A DNA stretch of 64,000 nt from an uncultured Muribaculaceae bacterium (GTDB lineage: Bacteria > Bacteroidota > Bacteroidia > Bacteroidales > UBA932), in the NCBI GenBank assembly GCA_964556285.1, contig CAZKVW010000004.1, positions 248 through 64,247 on the forward strand, in the 5' to 3' direction. The notes below the pieces were generated by a model. It did no database searches. It was given only the letters and a program-made list of their open reading frames with translations, and had not been told where the DNA came from. Both the position numbers and the translations under genes were made by a program. This document shows positions 56,844 to 64,000 of this stretch, piece after piece (within the stretch, counting starts at the first letter, position 1; every line of letters begins with the position of its first letter).

Positions 56844-58736
56844 CTATTTGAGGGTCACTGCGACTCCTCCGATCATCCATATCCCCGGCATTTTGAGGCC
56901 GCCGTAGTCGAAGTAGTTTGTGGAGAGGATGTTGTTCGCATTCACATACCATTCGGCGGAGCCGAGCTTGTACGAAAGGCGGGCGTTGAGCAGGGAGTAG
57001 GGCTTGTAGCTCACGGTCTGCCCGGAGAGGTCCGAATAGTTGCCTGCCCTGTCATAGCAGGACAGATCCGCATTGAGGCTCAGGCGCTCCCAGAGGCGGA
57101 ACTCCGCGATAAGAGACCCTTTGAGGTGCATGTAGTCCATGGCGTATTTGGAGATGAGCCCTTGCGCCGACTTGTCAGCATCCGTCCATCCGCCCAGCAG
57201 CGTCACCCTCTCCAGCATTCCGGCGTCTGCGGGATGCCATGAGACCGTGATGTCGGCTCCGGTGGTATTCATGGTGGTAATCTGGCGGCTCTCCCAGTTG
57301 GAGTCCGCGCTCTGGCGCACCCAGTCGATGATGTCCTGCCCGTGACGGTAGTACACGTCTCCGTCCAGGCTCCATTCCCCGTGCATCCATGCCGCTGCCG
57401 CCTTGACGGTGGCAGCCTTTTCAGGCTTGAGGTCGGGGTTACCGACATAGCCCGTCGCGGTGTAGTAGAGGTCGGTGAATGTCGGAAGCCGCATCGTCCG
57501 CGCCGCCATCAGGTTGACGCGCAGGCTGGCGTCAGGAAGCCAGTCAACCCCCGCGCTCCACAGGGGAGTGAAGCCGTAGGTGGAGAAATCCCCCTCCACT
57601 GCCCCCTTGACGATGAAATGCTCCCAGCGTTTCTGATGGCGCAATTGGACATCTCCCCAGCTGCGGCTCTTGCCCTTGGTGTACCATCGCCCGCTTGCGC
57701 CCTCGACCCGTTTGGGGTGGCTGCGCTCGTCCCCCAGCACGGTGCTGAGTATGTCGCCGCTGTGCCAGTGCCCGCTGACGCTGGTGCGCCCGGCGGCCCA
57801 GACCTTGGACAAGGAGGCATACGCGCCCCAGGTGTTCGTGAGGTGCCAGTTGAACGGTACAGTCTCCTCGCTGCCCCGAATCAGCTCAAAGCGGTCGCTG
57901 TTGTGGCGGTACGACGCGTACGCGTCCAGCATCCATGTGCCCGCTGTCTTGCTCCACCTCAGGGAGCCGAGCGTGGTGCCGGTGCGCTCGTACTGGTCAG
58001 GATAACGGAGGGAGTAGAATCCGTTCGCTCCGAAGCCCCTGTCCTGCCTGCCTGCCTGGAGGTCAAATGTCCCCGCCGCCGGATGTTCGTATCTGACGGT
58101 GGCGTAGAGGTTGGTGTTGATGAAATCCGTGCTCTGCCTGTAGCCGTCGGAACGCCGCAGAGATGCGGCCTCGAATATCTGCAGCCGCCCCCGCCGCTGC
58201 ACCGTGGCGGCCCCGCTGACATTGGCGTAGACATATCCCCAGGAGCCGCCGGAAACGTTGGCTCTCAGGTACTGGTCCGCGAGCGGGCGCACGGTCATGT
58301 CCAGAGCCCCGCTCAAGCCCCTGTTGCCGCCGTCAAGCACACGCACCGAGGACAGGATGTCTGCGTCCACTGGCAGGCTGTGGGTCTGGTGCCCCGTGCG
58401 TATATCCGTGAAATCCACACCGTTGAGCAGCAGTGCGGTCTGGTCGGCGCTGCCTCCCCTGATGCCTATGTCGGTCTGGATGCTCATCCCTCCGCGCTCC
58501 CTCACATCGACATAAGGTGTCAGGCGGAGCATCTGTTCCGTTGTCACGCTTGGGGAATGCAGGACAGCGTCCGGAACTTGGGTGCCGAAGGCGGAGAGGG
58601 AACTCTCGTACAGGCTGTACGCTGACACGACAGCCGAATCTATTCGCACCGGCTGCTGAGCCGATGCGCCCACGCCCGTGAGGGCTGCCAGCAGGGCAGC
58701 CGCCACGGGCGCGCACGCTCTATGAGTCATTTTCAT
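56844..58736 (-). CDS. TonB-dependent receptor (BtuB-like size), ligand unknown
   Basis: Signal peptide, TonB-box-like IDSAVVSA, plug IRGG...LLNGV, GNPDLKPEKA, C-terminal NANNILSTNY motif. Confidence 0.85.
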   Translation of the reverse strand: MKMTHRACAPVAAALLAALTGVGASAQQPVRIDSAVVSAYSLYESSLSAFGTQVPDAVLHSPSVTTEQMLRLTPYVDVRERGGMSIQTDIGIRGGSADQTALLLNGVDFTDIRTGHQTHSLPVDADILSSVRVLDGGNRGLSGALDMTVRPLADQYLRANVSGGSWGYVYANVSGAATVQRRGRLQIFEAASLRRSDGYRQSTDFINTNLYATVRYEHPAAGTFDLQAGRQDRGFGANGFYSLRYPDQYERTGTTLGSLRWSKTAGTWMLDAYASYRHNSDRFELIRGSEETVPFNWHLTNTWGAYASLSKVWAAGRTSVSGHWHSGDILSTVLGDERSHPKRVEGASGRWYTKGKSRSWGDVQLRHQKRWEHFIVKGAVEGDFSTYGFTPLWSAGVDWLPDASLRVNLMAARTMRLPTFTDLYYTATGYVGNPDLKPEKAATVKAAAAWMHGEWSLDGDVYYRHGQDIIDWVRQSADSNWESRQITTMNTTGADITVSWHPADAGMLERVTLLGGWTDADKSAQGLISKYAMDYMHLKGSLIAEFRLWERLSLNADLSCYDRAGNYSDLSGQTVSYKPYSLLNARLSYKLGSAEWYVNANNILSTNYFDYGGLKMPGIWMIGGVAVTLK

Positions 58737-58743
58737 CGTAAAG

Positions 58744-60603
58744 TCATTTGCCGAGCAAGGCTTGGCTGCGGGCAATGAAATCGGACAGGCCCTTGCCTTT
58801 GAGCATCCCGTTCTCCAGCAGGGCGAGGTCGCATACCTGGTGCAGCAGCTCGCTCTCTGGCTTGCGCTCCGCCCATATCTTCTGGATCAGGGGATTCTCC
58901 ATGTTGACGAGAATGTTGTATGTCTTGGGCATCTCGCCGTAAAAATTCATCCCTCCGCCAAGGGCGCTCATTTCGCGCCAGCGGCGCATGAACTCGCTCT
59001 GGGTGATGACCACCGGCTCGCCGGCCTCGCCCATGTTGCGGGCCTCCACCTCGTACTCGTTGCCGGAGGGGAGGACGGCCTTGAACAGCTCGGAGAGGGC
59101 TTTCTTGTCATCGTCCGACATCTCCAGCTTGACGGCTTCCTCTTTGGGGATGAGCTTGTCCGCGCTGTCCGAATCTACCCGGGCGAAACGGCTGTCGGTG
59201 AGCTTCTGCTCCAGCAGGTTGACGAAATGGCTGTCCAGCTCGCAGTCCATCAGCAGCACATCGTAGCCCTTTGCCTTTGCCTGCTCTATCCAGCTGTATT
59301 GTGTCTCCGTGTCGGTCGCGTAGAGATAGACCAGCTTGCCGTCCTTGTCCTTTTGCGCCGGCTCAATGGCCGTCTTGTACTCGTCCAGGCTGAAATACTT
59401 GCCGTCGGTATTCTTGAGCAGGGCGAACTTGAGAGCTCTCTCGCAGAACTTTTCATCGGAGAGCATGCCGTACTCGATAAAGAGCTTGATGTTGTCCCAT
59501 TTCTCCTCGTAGGACTTGCGGTTCTCCTTGAATATTTCCTCCAGACGGTCTGCGACTTTTTTGGTGATGTAGGTGCTGATCTTCTTGACGTTGGAGTCGC
59601 TCTGCAAGTAGCTGCGGCTGACGTTGAGAGGAATGTCGGGGGAGTCAATCACGCCGTACAGCAGCGTCAGGAAGTCAGGGACGATGTTCTCCACATGGTC
59701 GGTGACATACATCTGGTTGCAGTAGAGCTGTATCTTGTTGCGGCTGATTGCCATGCGCTCCTTGATTTTGGGGAAGTACAGGATGCCGGTCAGATGGAAG
59801 GGGTAGTCCACGTTGAGGTGGATGTAGAACATGGGATCCTCGTCCATCGGGTACAGGGCGTGGAAGAACTTGAGGTAGTCCTCGTCCTTGAGATCGGCGG
59901 GCTTGCGCGTCCACAGCGGCTCTATGTCGTTGATTACATTGTCCTCATCGGTCTCCACGGACTTGCCGTCCTTCCATTCGGTCTTCTTGCCGAACACGAC
60001 CGGGACGGGCATGAACTTGCAGTATTTGCCCAGCAGGGTGGTAATCATCCCCTTGTGCGAGAACTCCTCCGCGTCGTCGTCAAGGAAGAGGGTGATGACA
60101 GTCCCTCGCGTGGCTTTCTTGCTGGCTGTCATGCTGAACTCCGGAGACCCGTCACAAGACCATTTGACTGCCTTGGCGCCCTCTTTCCAGCTGAGGGTGT
60201 CGATGGTGACTTTCTTGGCCACCATGAATGCGGAGTAGAATCCCAGCCCGAAGTGCCCGATGAGGCCGGGGGCCTGATCCTTGTATTTCTCAAGGAATTC
60301 TCCGGCAGAGGAGAACGCTATCTGGTTGATGTATTTGTCCACTTCCTCCTCGGTCATGCCAATGCCGCTGTCGATGACTTTGAGCACTTTCTTGTCCTCG
60401 TCCAGCTCGATGCGCACCTTGAGGTCGCCGAGCTCTCCCTTGAACTCGCCGCTTGATGCGAGCGCCTTCATCTTCTGCGTGGCATCCACCGCATTGGCTA
60501 CCAGCTCGCGCAGGAATATCTCATGATCCGAATAGAGAAACTGCTTGATGACCGGGAATATGTTCTCGGTCGTAACTCCAATATTGCCTTTTGTCATGGT
60601 CAT
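58744..60603 (-). CDS. htpG: Chaperone HtpG (Hsp90)
   Basis: FLRELVANAVDA, DSGIGMT, IGHFGLGFYSAF, SPDIPLNVSRS. Confidence 0.96.
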   Translation of the reverse strand: MTMTKGNIGVTTENIFPVIKQFLYSDHEIFLRELVANAVDATQKMKALASSGEFKGELGDLKVRIELDEDKKVLKVIDSGIGMTEEEVDKYINQIAFSSAGEFLEKYKDQAPGLIGHFGLGFYSAFMVAKKVTIDTLSWKEGAKAVKWSCDGSPEFSMTASKKATRGTVITLFLDDDAEEFSHKGMITTLLGKYCKFMPVPVVFGKKTEWKDGKSVETDEDNVINDIEPLWTRKPADLKDEDYLKFFHALYPMDEDPMFYIHLNVDYPFHLTGILYFPKIKERMAISRNKIQLYCNQMYVTDHVENIVPDFLTLLYGVIDSPDIPLNVSRSYLQSDSNVKKISTYITKKVADRLEEIFKENRKSYEEKWDNIKLFIEYGMLSDEKFCERALKFALLKNTDGKYFSLDEYKTAIEPAQKDKDGKLVYLYATDTETQYSWIEQAKAKGYDVLLMDCELDSHFVNLLEQKLTDSRFARVDSDSADKLIPKEEAVKLEMSDDDKKALSELFKAVLPSGNEYEVEARNMGEAGEPVVITQSEFMRRWREMSALGGGMNFYGEMPKTYNILVNMENPLIQKIWAERKPESELLHQVCDLALLENGMLKGKGLSDFIARSQALLGK

Positions 60604-60614
60604 ATTATATTTGA

Positions 60615-60668
60615 TGCCCCTGCGCAGTACAAAAGACATTCCGCAGGGGCACCGGTGACAAAATGTCA
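60615..60668 (-). promoter_or_regulatory. Putative heat-shock motif and 10-bp inverted repeat upstream of htpG
   Basis: Minus strand TGACA-TTT-TGTCA (60668-60656), 13 nt, GGAATGTCTTTTG; TGCCCCTGCG/CGCAGGGGCA inverted repeat (60615-60624 / 60642-60651). Confidence 0.5.
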
Positions 60669-60686
60669 GATGAGGGGGAGGGGCGC

Positions 60687-62330
60687 CTACTTGTACAGGT
60701 AGCGCTTGATGCTCATCTTGGGGGTCTTCTCAAATGGGGTGAGCACGACCTCCACCTTGGCTATCTGGCTGTAGGCGGGGAGGCTTCTGTTGCTGCGCTG
60801 CCGGATATGCTCCGGAATGCCGGAGACTGCCTCCGGGTCGAGCCCGCTGCGCTTGATGGCATCATTGTCCAGATACACAAGGGCAACGAGTTTGCCGGCC
60901 CGGTCCACGACCACGGACTCGCTGACATAGTCCTGAGAGTTGACAGCTGTCTCGACCTCCTCGGGGTAGATGTTCTGCCCGTTGGCGGAGAGGATCATGT
61001 TCTTGCTGCGGCCACGGATGGTGATGTTGCCGGCCTTGTCCATAGTGCCGAGGTCTCCGGTGTGGAGGAACCCGTCATCAGTGAACGCCCCTGCGCTGGC
61101 CTCGGGGTTCTTGAAGTAGCCGCTGCAGATATTGACTCCCTTGGCCTGTATCTCTCCTGCAATGCGCTCCGGGTCTTCGGAGTCGATGCGAACCTCGGCC
61201 ATGTCCACTTTGAGCCCGCAGGAGCCGGGGACATAGTTCCAGGGCTCGGCGTACGCGAGCAGGGGGGAGGCCTCCGTCATGCCGTAGCCCACCGTGTAGG
61301 GGAGGCGTATCTTGCGGAAGACTTTCTCTACGTCAGGGTTGAGCGCGGCCCCGCCCATGACGAACTGCTGCACATTGCCGCCGAACGTGGTTATCAGGCG
61401 GCTGCGTATGACATTGTATATGACCCGCCTGATTCCCGGGATGGAGGTGAGCAGCCGCATCTGCCATTTGGATAGGACTGGCTTGAGGGCTGACTTGTAG
61501 ATTTTTTCCATGACCAGCGGGACGGTGATGATGATGTAGGGCTTGACCTCGCCGACGGCTTTGAGCAGCGTGGAGGCGGCCGGGGCCTTGCCGAGGAAAT
61601 GCACCGTCACCCCGTGGGACAGCGGATAGAGGAATTCGAACACCATGCCGTAAATGTGCCCCATCGGGAGCATGGAGACTATGCTGTCCGCCTCGGAACA
61701 GAGGATGTGCCTGATGGCGAAGTCAATGCCCGCGCTGAAGCACTCATAGCGCAGCATCACCCCCTTGGGGTCGCTCGTCGTGCCGGAGGTGTAGTTGATT
61801 ACGGCGAGGTCACCGTCGTTGCCGGTGGGGAAGTGCACGTCCGCAGCCGTATAGCCGTCAGGGTATTTGGCGCGGAAGTCCGCGTCCATGGAAGCGAACG
61901 CCTCCGCTATGCTGCCCTCGCTGCTCCAGAGCAGGCTGTAGTCGGCGTTGTTGATGACGAACTTGACACCGGGGAGCATCTCCGGGGATATCTTGTCCCA
62001 AGTGGATTTGTCCACAAAGAGGCCGACGGACTCGGAGTGCACTGTGAGCGCGGCTGCGCTCTCCGGCAGGAAGTCGCCCAGCAGCGGCACTACGACCGCC
62101 TCGTAGGTGTTGACGGCGAGGAATGAGATGGCCCAGTGGGCGCTGTTGGCAGCGCAGATGGCTATCTTGTCTCCTTTGCGGATGCCGGCCTTGGCGAAGA
62201 AGATGTGAAACTTCTCGATGCCCTCGGCCACCTGGGCGTAGGTGTATTTGTCTCCGCCGTAGTTGCAGACGGCATATCTGTCCCACAGCCGTTTTGTGGC
62301 TGTCTCCAGTGAATGCAGGTAGTGTTCCAT
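60687..62330 (-). CDS. Long-chain acyl-CoA synthetase (AMP-binding family)
   Basis: YTSGTTSDPKG, GYGMTE, HTGDLG, ITIRGR, GQNIYPEE; ATG 62330. Confidence 0.9.
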   Translation of the reverse strand: MEHYLHSLETATKRLWDRYAVCNYGGDKYTYAQVAEGIEKFHIFFAKAGIRKGDKIAICAANSAHWAISFLAVNTYEAVVVPLLGDFLPESAAALTVHSESVGLFVDKSTWDKISPEMLPGVKFVINNADYSLLWSSEGSIAEAFASMDADFRAKYPDGYTAADVHFPTGNDGDLAVINYTSGTTSDPKGVMLRYECFSAGIDFAIRHILCSEADSIVSMLPMGHIYGMVFEFLYPLSHGVTVHFLGKAPAASTLLKAVGEVKPYIIITVPLVMEKIYKSALKPVLSKWQMRLLTSIPGIRRVIYNVIRSRLITTFGGNVQQFVMGGAALNPDVEKVFRKIRLPYTVGYGMTEASPLLAYAEPWNYVPGSCGLKVDMAEVRIDSEDPERIAGEIQAKGVNICSGYFKNPEASAGAFTDDGFLHTGDLGTMDKAGNITIRGRSKNMILSANGQNIYPEEVETAVNSQDYVSESVVVDRAGKLVALVYLDNDAIKRSGLDPEAVSGIPEHIRQRSNRSLPAYSQIAKVEVVLTPFEKTPKMSIKRYLYK

Positions 62331-62471
62331 TTGCTGTTTTCTGTTTCCGGAGGCAAAATTAGCGGATGCCGCCCGCTTTCGCCAAGCTCTTGCGGCGCAA
62401 TGTGGTGAAGCGTTTTGGAGAATGTGGCGAATTTGACGATATTTGGGGCGAACCAATTATGCCTGTGGCGA

Positions 62472-63299
62472 ATGAAAAGACCTATAGCGGCTCTCATTTA
62501 TGATTTTGACGGCACGTTGTCACCGGGCAACATGCAGGAGTTCGGCTTCATCCAGGCGGTGGGGTCAACGCCCTCGGAGTTCTGGGAGGAGAGCAACAAG
62601 ATAGCCGTGGGGCAGGACGCGAGCAATGTGCTGGCGTACATGAAGCTGATGTTTGACACCGCCCGGGCCAAGGGCATCAAGCTGCGCAAAGACGATTTCC
62701 TGGCATTCGGCCGGGATGTGGAGCTGTTTGAGGGGGTGCGGGAGTGGTTCGGGCTGATTAACTCCTACGGGCGTTCGAGAGGGGTTAGGGTGGAGCATTA
62801 CATCAATTCCAGCGGCCTGACCGAGATTGTGGAGGGTACGCCGATTGCGGGGGAGTTCAAGCACATATTCTCCGGCACTTTCATATATAATGAGGAAGGT
62901 GAGGCCGTCTGGCCCGGGATAGCGGTGGACTCGACCAACAAGACGCAGTTCCTCTTCAAGATCAACAAGGGGATATTCAGCAACCACGACAACGAGAAGC
63001 TCAACAGCTCGGTAGCGGAGGATAAGAAGAGGGTGCCGTTCACCAATATGATATATTTCGGCGACGGGGAGACGGACGTACCGTGCATGAAGATTGTGGG
63101 CATGTTCGGAGGCGCCCCGGTGGCGGTGTACAACCCGTCCAACGAGAGGAAAAGGGCCACGGCCGAGAAGCTCAAGCGGCAGGGGAGGGTCAAATACACC
63201 GCCCCGGCGGATTACAGGCTCGGCGGCAGGCTGTACAGGCTGGTGTGCGCCATTATCGACAAGATCAGCGCGGACTGCGCACTGGCCGAGTTTGAGTGA
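62472..63299 (+). CDS. HAD-superfamily hydrolase
   Basis: Motif I YDFDGT, motif II NSSG, motif IV FGDGETD; ATG 62472. Confidence 0.85.
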   Translation: MKRPIAALIYDFDGTLSPGNMQEFGFIQAVGSTPSEFWEESNKIAVGQDASNVLAYMKLMFDTARAKGIKLRKDDFLAFGRDVELFEGVREWFGLINSYGRSRGVRVEHYINSSGLTEIVEGTPIAGEFKHIFSGTFIYNEEGEAVWPGIAVDSTNKTQFLFKINKGIFSNHDNEKLNSSVAEDKKRVPFTNMIYFGDGETDVPCMKIVGMFGGAPVAVYNPSNERKRATAEKLKRQGRVKYTAPADYRLGGRLYRLVCAIIDKISADCALAEFE

Positions 63300-63305
63300 G
63301 GGCTG

Positions 63306-63896
63306 CTATTGGCGGATGAGGTTGAGGAATTCGTTGCGGGTGCGCGATGATGTCAGGAACGCCCCGCTGAATGCCGAAGTCGTAGTCACCGCGTTGGATT
63401 TCTGTACGCCCCTGATCTGCATGCAGGTGTGCACCGCCTCGATGACGACCGCCACCCCAAGCGGATGCAGGGCCTCGTCTATGCAGTCCCTTATCTGCAC
63501 GGTCAGGCGCTCCTGGACTTGCAGCCGCCTCGCGTAGGTCTCCACCACCCGCGCCACCTTGCTGAGGCCGGTAATCTTGCCGTCGGGAATGTAGGCTACA
63601 TGGCATTTGCCCACAAAGGGCATCAAATGGTGCTCGCAGGTGGAGTACAGCTCGATGTCCCGCACGAGCACCATCTGCTTGTACTGCTCGTCAAACATGG
63701 CGGAGCGCACGATCTCCACGCCGTCTTCGCCATACCCCTTGGTCACGAACTGCAGCGCCTTTGCCACCCGCTGCGGCGTCTTGCGCAGTCCTTCCCTGCC
63801 GGGATCCTCTCCGAGCAGCCGCAGTATCTCCTCCACGTGTGAGGCAATCTCCCCGGTGACCTGGGGGTCGTATATTTCTTGCTGCCTGTATGCCAT
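63306..63896 (-). CDS. folE: GTP cyclohydrolase I
   Basis: [40 protein letters not shown]. Confidence 0.96.
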   Translation of the reverse strand: MAYRQQEIYDPQVTGEIASHVEEILRLLGEDPGREGLRKTPQRVAKALQFVTKGYGEDGVEIVRSAMFDEQYKQMVLVRDIELYSTCEHHLMPFVGKCHVAYIPDGKITGLSKVARVVETYARRLQVQERLTVQIRDCIDEALHPLGVAVVIEAVHTCMQIRGVQKSNAVTTTSAFSGAFLTSSRTRNEFLNLIRQ

Positions 63897-64000
63897 ATCT
63901 CTGAATGTGCTAATTGTTTGTCTCGCTTTTGCCGCGCTGCGACGCTCCGGACGCGTCCGGTTGCGAAAATAAGTAAAATTTTGCAGCCCGTGGAACAGCT

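Noticed and set aside
63947-63960. Perfect 14-bp palindrome CCGGACGCGTCCGG upstream of folE
   Set aside because: A few GC-rich palindromes of this size are expected by chance in 64 kb, and there is no second copy or other support.

Overview
GC-rich Bacteroidales chromosome segment. Evidence: SusC/SusD pairs, TTTG-N20-TANNTTTG promoters, and Bacteroides-like gene order (gyrA-TPR, gmk-nadD); the genus cannot be fixed from sequence alone. Most of the window is housekeeping (gyrA, clpC, leuS, dnaK, nadD, gmk, fba, recR, corA, rpsA, rnz, mltG, relA-like, uvrB, htpG, folE). There are three accessory blocks. (1) Left edge: an AAA/DUF4143-type ATPase with a 23-bp-period repeat array upstream, a PIN/RHH toxin-antitoxin pair and an orphan fabF. 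(2) 11.4-13.8 kb: a type II restriction-modification pair. (3) 28.7-47.7 kb: an ECF-sigma/FecR polysaccharide utilization locus with tandem SusC/SusD pairs and a single clan GH-A hydrolase. This locus is the best candidate for an undescribed system. One uncharacterised C-terminal beta-sandwich module is displayed on three surface lipoproteins: two on Ig/PKD-like stalks and one on a fimbrillin (type V pilin-like) body. The pilin gene is preceded by a decayed REP-like element and a ~52-aa YxxP peptide gene containing a G8 tract, whose -1/+1 slippage would change coupling to the pilin start. Other oddities: a catalytically dead M28 domain fused to TonB_C, an arm-less RNase Z, a ClpC without its M-domain, a RelA-like protein without ACT, and a motif shared upstream of dnaK and htpG. 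No rRNA, tRNA, CRISPR array or transposase was seen. Family assignments come from motif recognition and recall, not database searches.
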